A DNA stretch of 64,000 nt, from positions 11,100,001 to 11,164,000 of the forward strand of contig NC_045696.1 in NCBI RefSeq assembly GCF_009834535.1, given 5' to 3'. The position numbers and the translations under genes were made by a program. The notes below the pieces were generated by a model. It was given only the letters and a program-made list of their open reading frames with translations. It made no database searches and was not told the origin of the DNA. Source of the DNA: Camelus ferus. Taxonomy: Eukaryota. Positions 12,803 through 26,286 of the stretch are shown here, in pieces (the stretch's first letter is position 1; each line of letters begins with the position of its first letter).

Positions 12803-13955
12803 CTCAGCTTCCCCACACCTTAGTTTCTTGGCTGGTTCAAATGAGATCCTTTCTAAAGACACAGCTTTTTGTTAACAGTTCTCTCTGTAGCAAATGCCCC
12901 ACCACGCTGGGTCGGTCAGAAATATTTACTGTGTTAATATTCTCAGCCAGCGTTTTCACAACTGAACTGTGTATTTGTGGGCAAATATTTACCACCCTGA
13001 AAGAAGGCAGAAGTGTACACTCTGTTAAGAAATCACTCCTCAGAGTCTGGTATGGCCTGGAAATGCTCCGTTGATCCTTGTTTAAACCAGGGGAGAGGGA
13101 AGGATGGGAGGGTGTCGACTTTTCGTCAGTTCCACATGACCCAGAGGCCTTGGAGCAGCTTCTGTTTAACTTAAGAAGCTTTCTGGACTGGTGAACCCTC
13201 CATCGTGTATCAGCAGAAACTCCTACAGCCCGGGCCACAGAAAGGCTTGGTTTGGGCCAGTCTTAGAGTAGTTTAGATAAAGGCTTTTAAGTTTCCTTTT
13301 TTTTAAAGGTAGGTGAATAGTTCATGGCACGTGAACCCCTAAGAGTGGCAGAAGTTCTTCTCTGTCTTCAGAAAGACACGGGGAAATCATTCCTGGGATC
13401 ATCACCCCATCGCATTCACAAGGAAAACCCATTTATACACAAACAATCCGGGGATCACTGAATGACGAGAATGATGGATTTTCAAAAAATGGGGGAGGGA
13501 GGAAGGCAAGGTGTTCCATGGGAGGAATGGGTGTTACGCAGGGCAAAAAGGAGGTTCTATGCAAAATAAGCTTGGAACGTTTGGGCTAAACCCAGGCAAA
13601 CACAACTCCCGCCCTTCAGTTCTTCACAGAGACACAGATGTGCCACCGTGCCCTGGGGCGAGGGGAGGGACGCAGTGGACAGAATCTCACACACGTATCT
13701 GACCAGCCCCCCAGCACCCCCTTTTTTGCATGAAGCATCTGAGGGCAATTGTTAAGCACATTATTCTGAAGGGAACATGCACTGGGTTCCGTCAAACACA
13801 GTCAGTGCTAAGAGCCGCAACTAACTCGGACGATTTCTGAAGGCATTTCAGAATCCCTGACGGCTGGAGAATCCTCATCCCAAGGTGGGTGATGGAGAGG
13901 GAAGAAGTGGGAAGCAGTGCATCAAAGGCTCCGAGATCAGAGTTCAACTTGGAAT

Positions 13956-14138
13956 TTTTTTAACATTTTTTTTATTGCATTATAGTCATTTTACAATGTT
14001 GTGTCAAATTCCAGCGTAGAGCACAATTTTTCAGTTATACATGAACATCCATATATTCATTGTCACATTTTCTTTTCGCTGTGAGCCACCACAAGATCTT
14101 GTATATATTTCCCTGTGCTATACAGTATAATCTTGTTA
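13956..14138 (-). mobile_element. Young L1 3' end (5'-truncated)
   Basis: Poly-T then TTACAATGTTGTGTCAAATT...TTCCCTGTGCTATACAGTA, typical of artiodactyl/camelid L1 3'UTR. Confidence 0.85.
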
Positions 14139-17100
14139 TTAAGGTGTGTGACTGTGACCATCACCTCTCAGAACTAGTGTCCTCATGTTTTCCTGTGAGG
14201 GTCAAATACTAGTGTGGGCATATAGCATCTTCCATCCACCATAAACCACTGCACAATACTAAGCTATTGCTTTTATATTGTTAAATGAATAGATCTTAAT
14301 AAATAATAGATAAATTATTAATAACAAATAAATTAATTAGGAGAATAAATACGTTAAATCTTGAAGAACATGAATTTACTCAGAGCTCTCATTGATGCAA
14401 TGCAATCACACTCCGAGTCAGCCTCCTTTGCTCTGAGCATCAGTCATCAGAGAGTCTGCTCAGAGACAAGCTCACGGCCCAGCAGCCACACTCATGGTCC
14501 AGAGAAGCCACTGCTGAGCTTGGAGGGAAAGGAAATTTTGCCTTCCCTCCCTCCCTCCCCTCCTTTCTTCCCTTCTTTCCTTCTCTCTCTCTTTCCTTCT
14601 TTTAAATAAATGAGGTCTTAAAAGTTACTAATATTTAAAAGAGGCCAAATAGGCTGCAAATTCTTCTTCCTCTGAAGCCAGACACTCTCCACTAAACTCC
14701 AAGTTTCCCAAGGGCTGATGTTGCTTGAGTCACTCCAAGCGCAGGATACAAGCGCACCAGCCCCTGGCCCCACATCCGTGCGCTCAAGTCCCCTAATCAC
14801 CAGCGGCCAATTTCACAGCCTTACTTCTGGGAACAGAATGGAATTCAACTGTATTGTCCTTACCCCCAAACCCCGTTTTTTTTTTTTTTTTTTCCAAATA
14901 AAGCAGCACCGCCTCTCGGTTCATACTTTCGATAAGAGACTACACCCTTTTATTCACAAATACTCAAAGATGTTTCTACATGTTTCAAGTTCTTTACCAG
15001 AAAAGGGCATTTCTGTCTTTTGTGTTTGTGAGTGTGTTTAGAAAACTGGCTAACGCACGAGGAAGTGCAGCCCACGTGGCTTTAGGGCAGTGAGTCAGGG
15101 ATTCTCAGGACGCAGGAAAGGCCCCCACAGTGGATAAAGGGCTCATGACTGGGCCCCACGCTCCCAAGAGCGTTAAGATCAAAAAGTGAATTTAGACTTT
15201 AAGTCCCTTCTCTAGTCTCCAGTTTGGCACACAAAAAAATGGAATCTGGAGGTTAATTCTGAGGAGAACCAGAACCCTCAGACTGTTTCTTCCATGTCTG
15301 CGGGAAATCATGGGGACAGGGACGAGCAACATGGTTGTGCTGCTCTTAAGGGATGAGCTCAGACTCTGGTCCCCAAACAAGCCAGAGGAGGACAGAGGTA
15401 AAGTGAGAGACTAAACGGGGCAGAGACAACACATTTCTTGCTAAGAACACGGGAGGAGCAAGCTTTCCCGGCTTCCTTACAATATGGGGACCAGTGGAAA
15501 GTGCTGGCCGATGGAAAGAGGGCAGAAGTGATGTTTGGCCACCTGCAGGTCTGGCCCTCGAGACCCCCGTGTTACTCTCTATGCCCTTTCTCTCTTCATC
15601 TGCTGTCACACATGGAAGACAGAAGGACAAGGACAGACTCCGAGGTCCTAGAAAATGGGGGAAGCATGATATGGAAGGACCCTGGGTCCCTGAATGACGA
15701 CACAGAGCACAGCCTCCCACCTCGTCCAAGCCCACTGGACCAGGGCACGAACAAGAAGTAATGTTCTATCCCCATTATTCCTCCGAGGTCTGGGAGTTGC
15801 TGGTTTCAGCAGCTGGCCTCCCCCGACTAACACTCCAGCATTCTGTCAGCTGGTACTTGTGTTAAGTCAGAAGCCAGTAGGTCTTTGAGGAGATCCAAAA
15901 ACTTTCACCAAACACATCTCACTGGTTTGCGGTGGGTGTTGACACCGTTCCACATGACCTTCAGTTCTCCCTGGGGGACTCATTTCTTTGACCTTGCTAC
16001 TGAAAGGCTACAACTGAAGGGAGTTAAATTACTAAGAAGACAAAAGGGATAAGAAGTCTCATTAATTAGCCTATGAGTCCCCATTCTTCATTATGCCACT
16101 GACTTTTAAAAACTGCATTAGCACAAGTGGAAAGCAGAGATGAAGTGGGCTTTTATGGAATGCTCACAGGCAGGCAAGTTTCCACGTGCTGGTGTGTGTG
16201 GGAGAGGGGACGGGGCTGTGGGCAGACTGGTGTGATGCTCCAAAGAGTTCTGCGCTGGGTAAGACGTCCCAAGCACAGAGAGGGGGCCACAGGCTATGAT
16301 GGAGGGAATTTGGGCTTTGAAACCCCTCAGCTCAGATGCTTATTCGGGCATGTTAAACATAACTGCTTTAGATTACAGTTTTCTCACTTACACCAACTTT
16401 ACAGGGTTGGTGTCCAGGTGATAAGAAATAGCGTTGGTAGGGCATCTTACACAGCAGGTGGGCTCATCGATTTCATCCCTAGGACAGTATGGGAGGACCA
16501 GGAGGAAAAGAGATTGGGAGTCCAAGTTCTATGGAAAAGGGAGCCCCCAAACAGGCAAGGACAAGCAGCCCCAAATCCACTGCTTCCCAGCTGAGCCTTG
16601 CTTTGGATTTAAGACTAAGACATCTGGAAAAAGAGAATATGATGCTTGCCTTCACATTCTATGAAACTACCCCAAGGACCGGCTCATCTTCACGATGGGG
16701 ACTATACCATTAATCATTTGTCCCCAAGTTTGAGGGTACCATGGAAGCGTTTTTTACAGAAATGAGCACAACACCTCCTGAGAAGAACCAGCGGAGTGCT
16801 AATCTGGATCAGTTTCCTGGCTTCTGATACGTTACTTCTAAATCTACAAATTTCTGATCCCTGGGGGCCTGTGCCATCTGGTCCCTGGCGTGGAGTGCCA
16901 TGTCTTCCTCCTGTAGGACCTGTGAGTGTAATCGATCCTTCAATTTCACATGCCTCTCTGAGTGTAATTTCCATGGCTCTGTTGGAGTGACATTTAAAGA
17001 GCCCACAGGGAGGAATTACTGCCCTATTCACAACACAGTATTGTAAGGCGTATATGTGTGTATGTATACCATACACAGATGAATATCTATATACGAATAT

Positions 17101-17145
17101 AGACAGAAAGAGAAAGATATGAATCAACTGATTAAAAATTATTAT

Positions 17146-17237
17146 TGATTTATTTACAGAGGAGGTACTGGGGATTGAACCTAGGACCTCGTGTATGCTA
17201 AGCATGCACTCTATCACTTGAGCTATACCCTCCCCCC
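17146..17237 (-). mobile_element. tRNA-derived SINE, short form
   Basis: GGGATTGAACCTAGGACCTC...GAGCTATACCCTCCCCCC; TSD TAAAAATTA(T/C)TAT. Confidence 0.9.
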
Positions 17238-18789
17238 TAAAAATTACTATAAATGCACTACGTTGGACCTGAATTACAATCATGTGATTACACTCACTAT
17301 TTTGGACGGTCTAGTAGAAGTTCCTTTGTGTCTTTTCAACCAAAGATTTCACATCCTCTAAAAATGAACACCTTATTCGGTAACCAGGTACCCACCCCAG
17401 AAAGTTATTCAGCGAACACCATCTGGATTAGGTTAGTTTAAAAGTAACTGGATCAATCCCCACTTGCCCAAAGCATTTACACGGAATACTTTTTCTTTTC
17501 TTTGGGGTGCAGAGTAACCCCCAAACTGCAGAGCACACTTGGCGATGAAGGCGGGCTCGAGGGGCATGTGGTAACTTAATGCAACTTCTTACCAGCACTT
17601 AAAACTCAGATATGAAATCTACACTTGATCTTTTCTACTTGGAATTGGCCAAATTAGTGGCTCTATCCCCATGGACAACAAAAGGCCTTCAGAAACACTC
17701 AGGGAAGCCGCCCAACCAGAGGGTCCAACACAGCCCAACAGATGGATGCGGGGGCGGACACGTGCTGTCTCCGCGACCAGCCCCTGCAAGAGTCCTTTCA
17801 ATGCCAGGCTGTTTCATTTCACGTCGGCCCGCTCTCAGGATGTGTAGGATGATCAAGGTAGCTGTGATACGCTCAGGGTAGAAGTAAAGACTTCAGGGCA
17901 TGCATTTTGAGCTTATTCAGTTAATTGGAAAATTATAGTGTGATTTCACTGCTCATAATAATAAAACATTTTCTTTTAACTTTAAAGATGATGGCTGGCC
18001 GGCAGCATTATAAACCTAAAAAAAAAAAAAAAAAAAAACCTATTTGGAAGGTTAAAAAAATTGGATTTAGGGGCGGGAGAGATTTGCTGGAGTTTTGACT
18101 GAACATGCTTTGTTCCCTAAGCAGTGAACAAAACCAGGGCAGGGAAGTTCCTAAAACTTGCAACAGATATAAACCTCATATCCAGAAGGCTGTGCTTAGG
18201 GAACACGGTGACCGACTGTATCTATTACAGCCTCCTCGCTGGTTTAACAGAGGATTTGGGCAGGTCATTTTGCATCTCCCTTCTTTGGTTTCACCTTAGA
18301 ATTAGGGGAAGTAACAGCATTTCTTCCATTGTATTTCACAGAAACGGGAGGCTGGCAAACGTAAAGAAATACGGGCACCTGCACGGTAATCAGGCTGGCC
18401 TGGCCTCAGTCTTTACATTCAACCTTAATTGAGCCCCTGGCACACTCACCCCCGCGGCCTGGTGTAAACCTTCTCCAGTGGGCTGAGCATCACTCAATGG
18501 CCCCGGGGACCCACATTCTCTTCCTTCTCCTCTGAGGTCTGTATTTACTCTGCTGTATCCTTCCTTTGCCAACACCTGTTACTTCTGACGGCCCTCATCT
18601 TACACCTGCTATTCTGAGTCTGCTGCTTTCTTTAATATACATCCATTTGGGTGACAGTTGAGTGATTACATCCCCTTATGTCTACTCTCATCACCACCAT
18701 GCTGGAGTCTCTTTCTACCGGTTGGCTCCTGGCCATCTATCTTCTGGATGGTGAAGTGGAGGAAAATTTGACCCTGGCTCATTGGTTGA

Positions 18790-19345
18790 TACAGCTAATC
18801 CTCATGATTCACAGACTCCGTGTTTGCAAACCCACCTACTCACTAACAGTTATTTGTAACCCCAAAGTCAATTCTCCTGGGTCTTTCCCACCCATTCCCA
18901 GGAAAATTGGAGTCACCCAACGTGCATGGTTTCTGCTGAAGTGGAACCAGTCGACACTCTGCCTTCTGGTTTCAACCCTCATACCGTGAACAAGTGTCCT
19001 TTTCATGGTCTGTCAAGTGCCCTGTGGTTCACATTTTCATGGTGATCCCCAAGCTTGGGGGTGCAGCACTGTCTCGTGTTCCTAAGCACAAGAAGGGATG
19101 GGCCTTATGGAGAAAATACGTGTGTTAGAGAGGTTTCATCCAGGCATGAATCACAGTGTTGTTGGCCACGAGTTCTATGTAATGAATCAACAGTACATAT
19201 TAAATAAGGGGTCTCAAAGCAGAAACATGCATAAAACAAGGTTGTATATTCCCCTAGGAGCAATGGCTCAGTATTTGCTAACTCAGTGCCTGTACAGCAG
19301 GGACTTTGTAGAACATACCACCTGGAATCATGAGGATCCAGTGTA
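18790..19345 (+). mobile_element. TcMar-Tigger MITE (MER44-like)
   Basis: TA-flanked imperfect terminal inverted repeats CAGCTAATCCTCATGATTC / GAATCATGAGGATCCAGTG; ATTTGTAACCCCAAAGTCAAT motif. Confidence 0.75.
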
Positions 19346-20306
19346 CTTACGAATTAGGGATAGAGTGGGATTTATCCAGCCACATGAGTGAGAGCTTTTA
19401 TATAGAATTCAAACATGCAGAACTGCTTTCAGGGACTGCCTTCAGATCAAGTCTCCATGTGAAGGAACTCTGTCTTTGATTTTTAAAAAATAGATGATTA
19501 TTCATTCCTCCTTTTTTATAAAATTTTTTGAGCCTTACTAAAAGCCTTGCCATCTTTAGCTCATGAGTATACTCATGGCAGCTCTCTGGGACGTCAGGGA
19601 AGTATTCTACTTTCAATGGCACAAAAGACCCCACTACCCACTAGTGATGGGACCGGGGCGAGTCCTGGCTCCGACTCTGGGCCTAAGTTCCAACTCCAAT
19701 TTCAAGGCTCCTCACTACGCCTGAGCCCAGGACACCGAATAAAAGAGGACCTGCTTGCGACTTCTCTCTCTACACTTTGTCACAACAGTATGCTTAGAGT
19801 GATTTTAAATCCTATGGCAGAGGAAGCACGGGGGGTGTCTGGTGGGTAGGGGACAATGACAAGAAACACCTGACGCATCTGAGGGGGAGGCCTGGAGGGC
19901 TTCCGGGTGGGAAGGGACGCCTGAAGAATGAGCAGGGGGCAACCAGGTGCAACTGAGGCTCGTGCAGCAGGGGCAGAGGAGCAAAGGCTCAAAGGGAGCT
20001 TCTGGACATTTGGCACAGCTGGGGTAGCGGGTGTGAAGTCAGGAGCAAAGGCTGGAGAAGGTAGCCGTGTCTTCCTATGGAGTTTGAATTTAACCTTAAG
20101 TCAGATGGGAGCGACTGGAGGCTTGAAAACAGCCATGCGATGCTGGTCAGATTTGCGATTCCAAGAAATCCTGAATCTGGCTGCCTGTGTTGGCTGGACG
20201 GGAGGGACCCATGAAAAAGTTAGGGTGGTCACAGTCCTGCAGGGGGCCAAGGAAGAAGGCCTGAGCAAAGCGGCAGTGGGGGGATGGAGAGGCAGGGATG
20301 GAGGTC

Positions 20307-21971
20307 AGAGGCGACGTCATGGGTGCACTTCCTGTGCTGTTGCGCACAGCCACCCCCGTGCTCAGGAGGGTCTGGCTCTCGCTTTAACACTCTGCTGTGA
20401 CCATCTTGAAATTCTTAGCAATTTAATCTTTGAACTTGTGTCTTATAAACGAAGCCCAGTGCGACAGTGGGGCAGGTGCGTGGGCAGAGGAGACACCAAC
20501 AATGTGAGTCCCTGCGGTTCCTGGCCACCACTTTGCCATGTTGCGTTTGAGATGCCCTGAGCATAGGATTCTGGCGGGAGTGCAAACCTCAGCAAAACTC
20601 AAAGTGAGCATCGGGAAAGCACGCTACATCTCCAACTGGGTAAGCAGAGATGCTGACGGCACCGGGACCACACTCTCCGTCAGACCAGGAATGAGCTTTG
20701 AATGAGGAAAGATGGCAAGGGCATCAAAAGAAATAGGAACAACCTAGAAACCCATCATATCTTTCCTTACTCGTGTTACATCCCTGCAGTAACCAGATAC
20801 TTATGCTGAAAATGATGAAACAGAAGGAAAGGGAAAGATAGACAAAGCTTCTTTTCCTTCCTTACACATCAGTAAGCCAAGGTAGAGCATGGCAGCAGTA
20901 TATATGCAAAATAATGTGTCATTTCTGTCATTCCACACACCCGTTCAGTGCTCTTACATTTGCATATTTAAAACCAGCATAGCATAACAAATGATAAATA
21001 CTGGAGAGGGTGTGGAGAAAAGGGAACCCTCCTACACTGTGGGTGGGAATGTAATTTGGTGCAGTCATTATGGAAAACAGTATGGAATTCCCTTAAAAAG
21101 CTAAAAATAGACTTACCATATGATCCAGCAATCCCTGGGCATATATTCAGAGGAAACTCTAATTTGAAAAGATACATGCACCCCAATATTCATAGCAGCA
21201 TCATTTATAATAGCCAAGACATGGAAGCAACCTTAATGTCCATCAACAGATGACTGGATAAAGAAGATGTGGTAGGTATTACAATGGAATACTACTCAGC
21301 CATAAAAAAGAATGAAATAATGCCATTTTCAGCAACATGGATTGGACCTAGAGATCATCATACTAAGTAAACTAAGCCAGAAAGAGAAAGACAAATACCA
21401 TATGATATCATTTATATGTGGAATCTAAAAACATGACATAAATGAACTTATTTATAAAACAGAAGCAGACTCATAGACATTGAAAACAAACGTATGGTTC
21501 CTGGGGGGGTAAGCAGAAGGAGGGATAAACTGGGAGTTTGGGATTTGCAGATACTAACTTCTATATAAAACAGATAAACAACAAGGTTCTACTGTATAGC
21601 ACAGGGAACTATATTCAGTATCTTGTAGTGACCTCTAATGAAAAAGAATATGGAAAGGAATATATATATATTTGTGAGTATAACTGAATCACCATGCTGC
21701 ACACCAGAAACTAACACAACATTATAAATCGACTATACTTCAATGAAAAAAAACTGGCACAGCTTAATATGAAGATGAACAGTAAAATCTATACTAATAA
21801 TTTAAAGTGTTGCTTTTTAAAATTTAGAACAACACTGAAGAGCAAATAAAAAACACAATGACAAGAACTTGGTATTTTAATGCCTTTAACAGCTCCTTCC
21901 GCCCCTGATTTCAGAACAAGGGGCCCCCATTTTCATTTTTCACCAGGCCCTGCCAAGGACAGCGGGTCCAG
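20307..21971 (+). mobile_element. hAT-Tip100 MER45-family element (long form) interrupted by an L1
   Basis: 5' end CTCTGCTGTGACCATCTTGAAATTCTTA; 3' end GAACAAGGGGCCCCCATTTTCATTTTTCACCAGGCCC. Confidence 0.7.
20984..21752 (+). mobile_element. L1 (end of ORF2 plus 3'UTR), 5'-truncated
   Basis: GTGGAGAAAAGGGAACCCTCCTACACTG, GGAATACTACTCAGCCATAAAAAAGAATGAAATAATGCC, A tail; degenerate TSD AAAACCAGCATAGC / AAAACTGGCACAGC. Confidence 0.9.
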
Positions 21972-22582
21972 TTAGAAACGACAGGAATTTAGCCCAAGCA
22001 TCAGTGGGGATGGGTGATGGGAACGAGGGGCACAGGGACAGGGAGGCTCAGTGATCCCTCCTGGGGTTTTAAACTGGTGGTGCCGTCCTTGTGGGAAATG
22101 CGGCATCAAAAACAGGGTTTGTGATTCTGTTCCGAGTGCCTGTGGGGCATCCCAACAGTGTCCAGCGTCAGGAGAGGGGCTTTGGAGGAGGGAAGCCGGC
22201 AAGTCATCAGCACATAGGTGGTGGCTGAAACCTGAGGGCACGGCCAGGGGGAGAAGAACTGTGGACAGGGATGCCGGAGAATGCACACCTTTAAGGGACA
22301 GGACAGCAAAGAAGGCCCCTTAGAGGGGGTAGAGAGGGAGGGAGGACAGGAGGAAGGACTAGGCACAGGGTGGCTGTGAAGGAGAGGCAAGAAATAAGAT
22401 GACAGCCAGAGGTCAGTATTACAGGGTTGAGCAAAGTGGGGTGTTATCAGCTCAAGGGACCTTGAGCAAACTGCCTGACCTCTGAGCCTCAGACAGGCAC
22501 CCACAAAATGAAGAAAATAAGAGCAACACATACCTCAGGGGATTATTGTCAAGATTAAATGAGTGTGCTGCTCAGAACTCTG

Positions 22583-22995
22583 CTGCATTAACTTCCTGTG
22601 GCTTCTGTAACAAGGTACCACAAACTGGATGGCTTAGAAGGGTAGAAATGTGTTGCCTCACAGTCCTGGAGGCCAGAAGTCCAAAATCGAGGTGTCAGTA
22701 GGACCAGGCTCCCTCTGCAGGACCCAGGGAAGGCTGTGTCCCAGGCCTCCCCCAGCTTCTGGGAGCGCCTCGGGTTGTGAAGGCATACTGTAAGCTTCAC
22801 ATGGCTTTCTCCCTGTGCGTGCATGTTCAAGTTTCCCCTTTTTATACAGACACCAGTCATATCAGATCAGGGGCCACTGTAATGACCTCATCTTCTTAAC
22901 ATGATCACTTCTGTGAAGACTCTATCTCCAAAGAAAGTCACAGGAACCAAGTAAAGACTCCAATGTACCTTTTTTGGGGGGACACCCAGAGTCAG
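22583..22995 (-). mobile_element. MaLR solo LTR (MLT1B/C-like), reverse orientation
   Basis: CTGTAACAAGGTACCACAAACTGGATGGCTTA, CACAGTCCTGGAGGCCAGAAGTCCAAAATC. Confidence 0.8.
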
Positions 22996-24069
22996 CTGTG
23001 TATAAACATTCACCTTTGTTATCATTACCTCCATTAGTTGCTGTTTGGTTCAAAGGTATGAGGAAGAAATCGAGGGACAACTTGAGTTTGGGGAACCTAA
23101 GTTTGTTGTGGTCACAATCTCCACAACAAAGTGACATTTCTGCAACAGCCCAGATGAAGGTAAATATATGAAGTAAGGAGAGGAAACAAAGAAGAGGGAA
23201 TGACACATTCTGATAATGAGCCAAAGACAACCATGAGCAGAAATACCGACAGCCATGCAAGAAAGAAGCCACTGGGGGGCCCTCAGGAGGCCTGGTACAT
23301 CAGATGGACAGAAATGAACAGCATCCCCTGTTCAGCCTTAGCCAATATGCTGTTCCCTACATGCTCACAGAAGGAATAGCAAGTTTTGCTAATTGATCAA
23401 AACAAATAATAGGTTTCATCAGTGGAGTAAGAAGGCCTTCTGAGCCAGAAGCAAAATGGATGCCTTCCACCAACTGAAGCTCTAACGCTCTTTGAAGTGG
23501 TAAGAACCACAGCTGATCTGGAGATAAGCTACAGTTAATAAACAGGCTGTTACCAGGAGTGTCAAACTGGTCATCATCTTAGCAGGAAGTATGTCTGAGG
23601 CTAACCTGAAAACCATCATTCCCCAAGGAAAAGACAGGGAGCTGTGAGGTGCACCAAAGCTTAGAAGAGAGTTGCTCTGTTTTAGAGGATTGAAAAGCCA
23701 TGGATCAGAATCTCTCTTCCCTGCCTCTCTCCCAAATCCAAAGCCCTTTCCAGAACAAATGCTCTCCTGCCATTTCATCCGACACCAGGAGCAAACATTG
23801 GCAGTGCCTTCCCTGGGCCAGCCCCCCTCGCCAAAGCTCCACATTCCAGAACCGTTTTTTCTTTCCCTTCTTTTGCTTTAAGAGTTGCGTCCCCTGAGTT
23901 CAAGGCCTTGACAACTTTGCTAGATAAACTGCTGACTACACTGATGACTCAGTCTGTGCAAGGATGGCTGATGATGGCATCTGTCATCTAAAAGTCACCT
24001 TCACCAAACATCAAAGTTCACCTCAGTAACTGGGGTGATGGACTTCCCATTCCTCTCCATGCAAAGCTC

Positions 24070-24532
24070 CAAGAAGAACACAGCTTCACTACTATGATGT
24101 CCTGCACAAATGCATAAGGATAAAACCATGAAAAAACGTCAGACAAATCCAAACTAAGGGACATTCTATAAAACGGCCACCTCGTACTCTTCAAAAATGC
24201 CAGTGTCATGAAAGATACAGACCGGGGAGCCGTTCTTGGTTGGAAGGAGACTAAAGAGATGTGACAACTGAAACTGCATGAGCTGGGATTTTCTTTTGCT
24301 CTTAAAGCACATTATTGGGACAACTGGTGAAATCTGGATGAGGTCTGTAGATTAGAAAACAGTATTGTAGCAGGTTAATTTCCTGATTTTGATCATTGTT
24401 TTTGGTTATGTAAGAGAGTGTCCTTGCTCTTAAGAAAGATACAGAATATAAAATAGATAAACAACAAAGTCCTACTGTACAGCACAGGGAACTATATTCA
24501 ATATCTTGTAATAACCTATAGTGAAAAGGAAT

Positions 24533-24573
<41 letters not shown>

Positions 24574-24815
24574 ACTGAATCACTATGCTGTACACCAGAA
24601 ACTAACACAACATTGTAAATTGGCTATACTTCAATTAAAATATTTAAAAAGAAAAAAAAACTCATGAAAGTGCTTGAGAGTAAGGGATGGACATCTTACC
24701 CGTAACTTAGAAAAGAACAAGGCAAATGTGATACAGTGGTAACATTTGGGAAGCTGGATGATGGGTATCAAGGCAGTCTTTGTATTAGTGTTACAAATTT
24801 TCTGTGTCCAGAAAA
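24070..24815 (+). mobile_element. Old L1MC-like 3' fragment interrupted by a young L1 3' end (about 24445-24660, with a (CA)n(TA)n microsatellite)
   Basis: TCAGACAAATCCAAACTAAGGGACATTCTA; inner AAATAGATAAACAACAA...CTATACTTCAATTAAAA. Confidence 0.75.
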
Positions 24816-25802
24816 ATAATAGAAAATATTTAATATTTAATAAATATACAGACAGATAAAAAAAATGCTCAGTGCTTTCCAGCAGGTCTCAACCTTGAGT
24901 GTGCATCAAAATCACCTCTGGAGATTTAAAAATATCAATGCCCAGGCCCCCGCCCAGAGATTCCGATTCAAGTAGCCTGGGCTAGAGCTCCAGCCATGGT
25001 ACGTTTGAAAGCACCCCAAGGTGATTCTAGCATGGGCCCAGAGGAATGATAAACAGCCAGTTCAGCCCATAGTACTGTCAGGTGAGGGGAGAGTTCTGGG
25101 CTGGGGTCTTTCTGAGCCTGGGACATCGGCTTCTTTTGAGAACCGATCCTGAGGGCAGCAGAGTGGCTCCAAACAGGAGCAGAGTCCTGGGTCCAACCAT
25201 GGTCTTGGTCTAATGATCTGGAAGACAGCCTGGCAAGCCCCTCACTGGCGCCCAGCCCGGGTTCTCTCTGCTGTGGGGTGAGGTTAACCAAAAGCGGCCT
25301 CCGGGTGAAGTGGGCTTTCCGGGAGGAGGATGCGTGGTCCTTGCATCCCCGGAGCCCAATGCCCCGCAGTGGGTTTGCACAGGACGACAGTCTGAAATCC
25401 TCGTGATGTCAGGTGGCAGAAAGGGATTAAGGCTTGACCAATTTCTGGTTCTGTTGGAAGGTTCTGTCACAGTTTGGTGATACCCAGCAGCCCTCTCCCT
25501 TCCCAAGGACCAAAGTCTAGATGGGTTCTTGGGAAAGGGGCTGGAGGAGGCAGGAGGACATCAGTCCTCTTCCAAGCGGCAAAGAAGCAAGCTGGGGGGG
25601 TAGGAGGGGCAAGCTCCCTGCGGTGGGGGTAAAATGGGGCAGCTGCTACTGGCCTCTTCATGAAGCAGGCCTGATGAGGGCTCTGTGGGAGGAAGGTGCC
25701 CCCACCAAGAGCTGAGGCCTGAGGCTCCGTCCTGATTTGAGACCTCAGCTCTGCTCTGGTCTAGACTTCTAAAGACTTCTATGCCCTGCTCAACTTCTAA
25801 AA

Positions 25803-26286
25803 CCGTGCTGCTCCGAATGTGGCCCCAGGCCACATGTGGCTACTGAGCCCCTGAGATGCGGCCAGTTTGAACTGAGATGTGCTGTAAGTGTGAAATACAC
25901 ACTAGGTGGGGAGGGTACAGCTCAGTGGTAGAATGCATGCCTAGCATGCATGGGGTAGGTCCTAAGTTCCATCCCCAGTACCGCCATTAAAAATAAATGA
26001 ATAAATGAATAAATAAATAAGTAAACCTAATTACCTTCCTGCCCCCCTAAAAATTAAAATAAAATACACACTTGATTTCCAAGTCTTATAAGAAAAAAGA
26101 ACATAAACTAGCTCAATAATTTTAAAAACACTGATTAATGTGGAGACGTTAATACTTTGGGTATATTGGATTAAATAAAATTTTCTATGGGAATCCATTT
26201 CACCTCTTTTACTTTTTCTAATGCAGCTACTGGAATATTTAATATAGCTTCTGTGGATTACATCATAATTCCATTGGACAGCTCTG
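25803..26286 (+). mobile_element. hAT-Charlie MER33/MER3-like element interrupted by a SINE
   Basis: GCCACATGTGGCTACTGAG...GAGATGTGCTGTAAGTGTGAAATACAC; 3' end ATTGGACAGC. Confidence 0.75.
25904..26061 (+). mobile_element. tRNA-derived SINE, long form
   Basis: GGGGAGGGTACAGCTCAGTGGTAGA...AAACCTAATTACC; TSD AAATACACACT on both sides. Confidence 0.9.
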
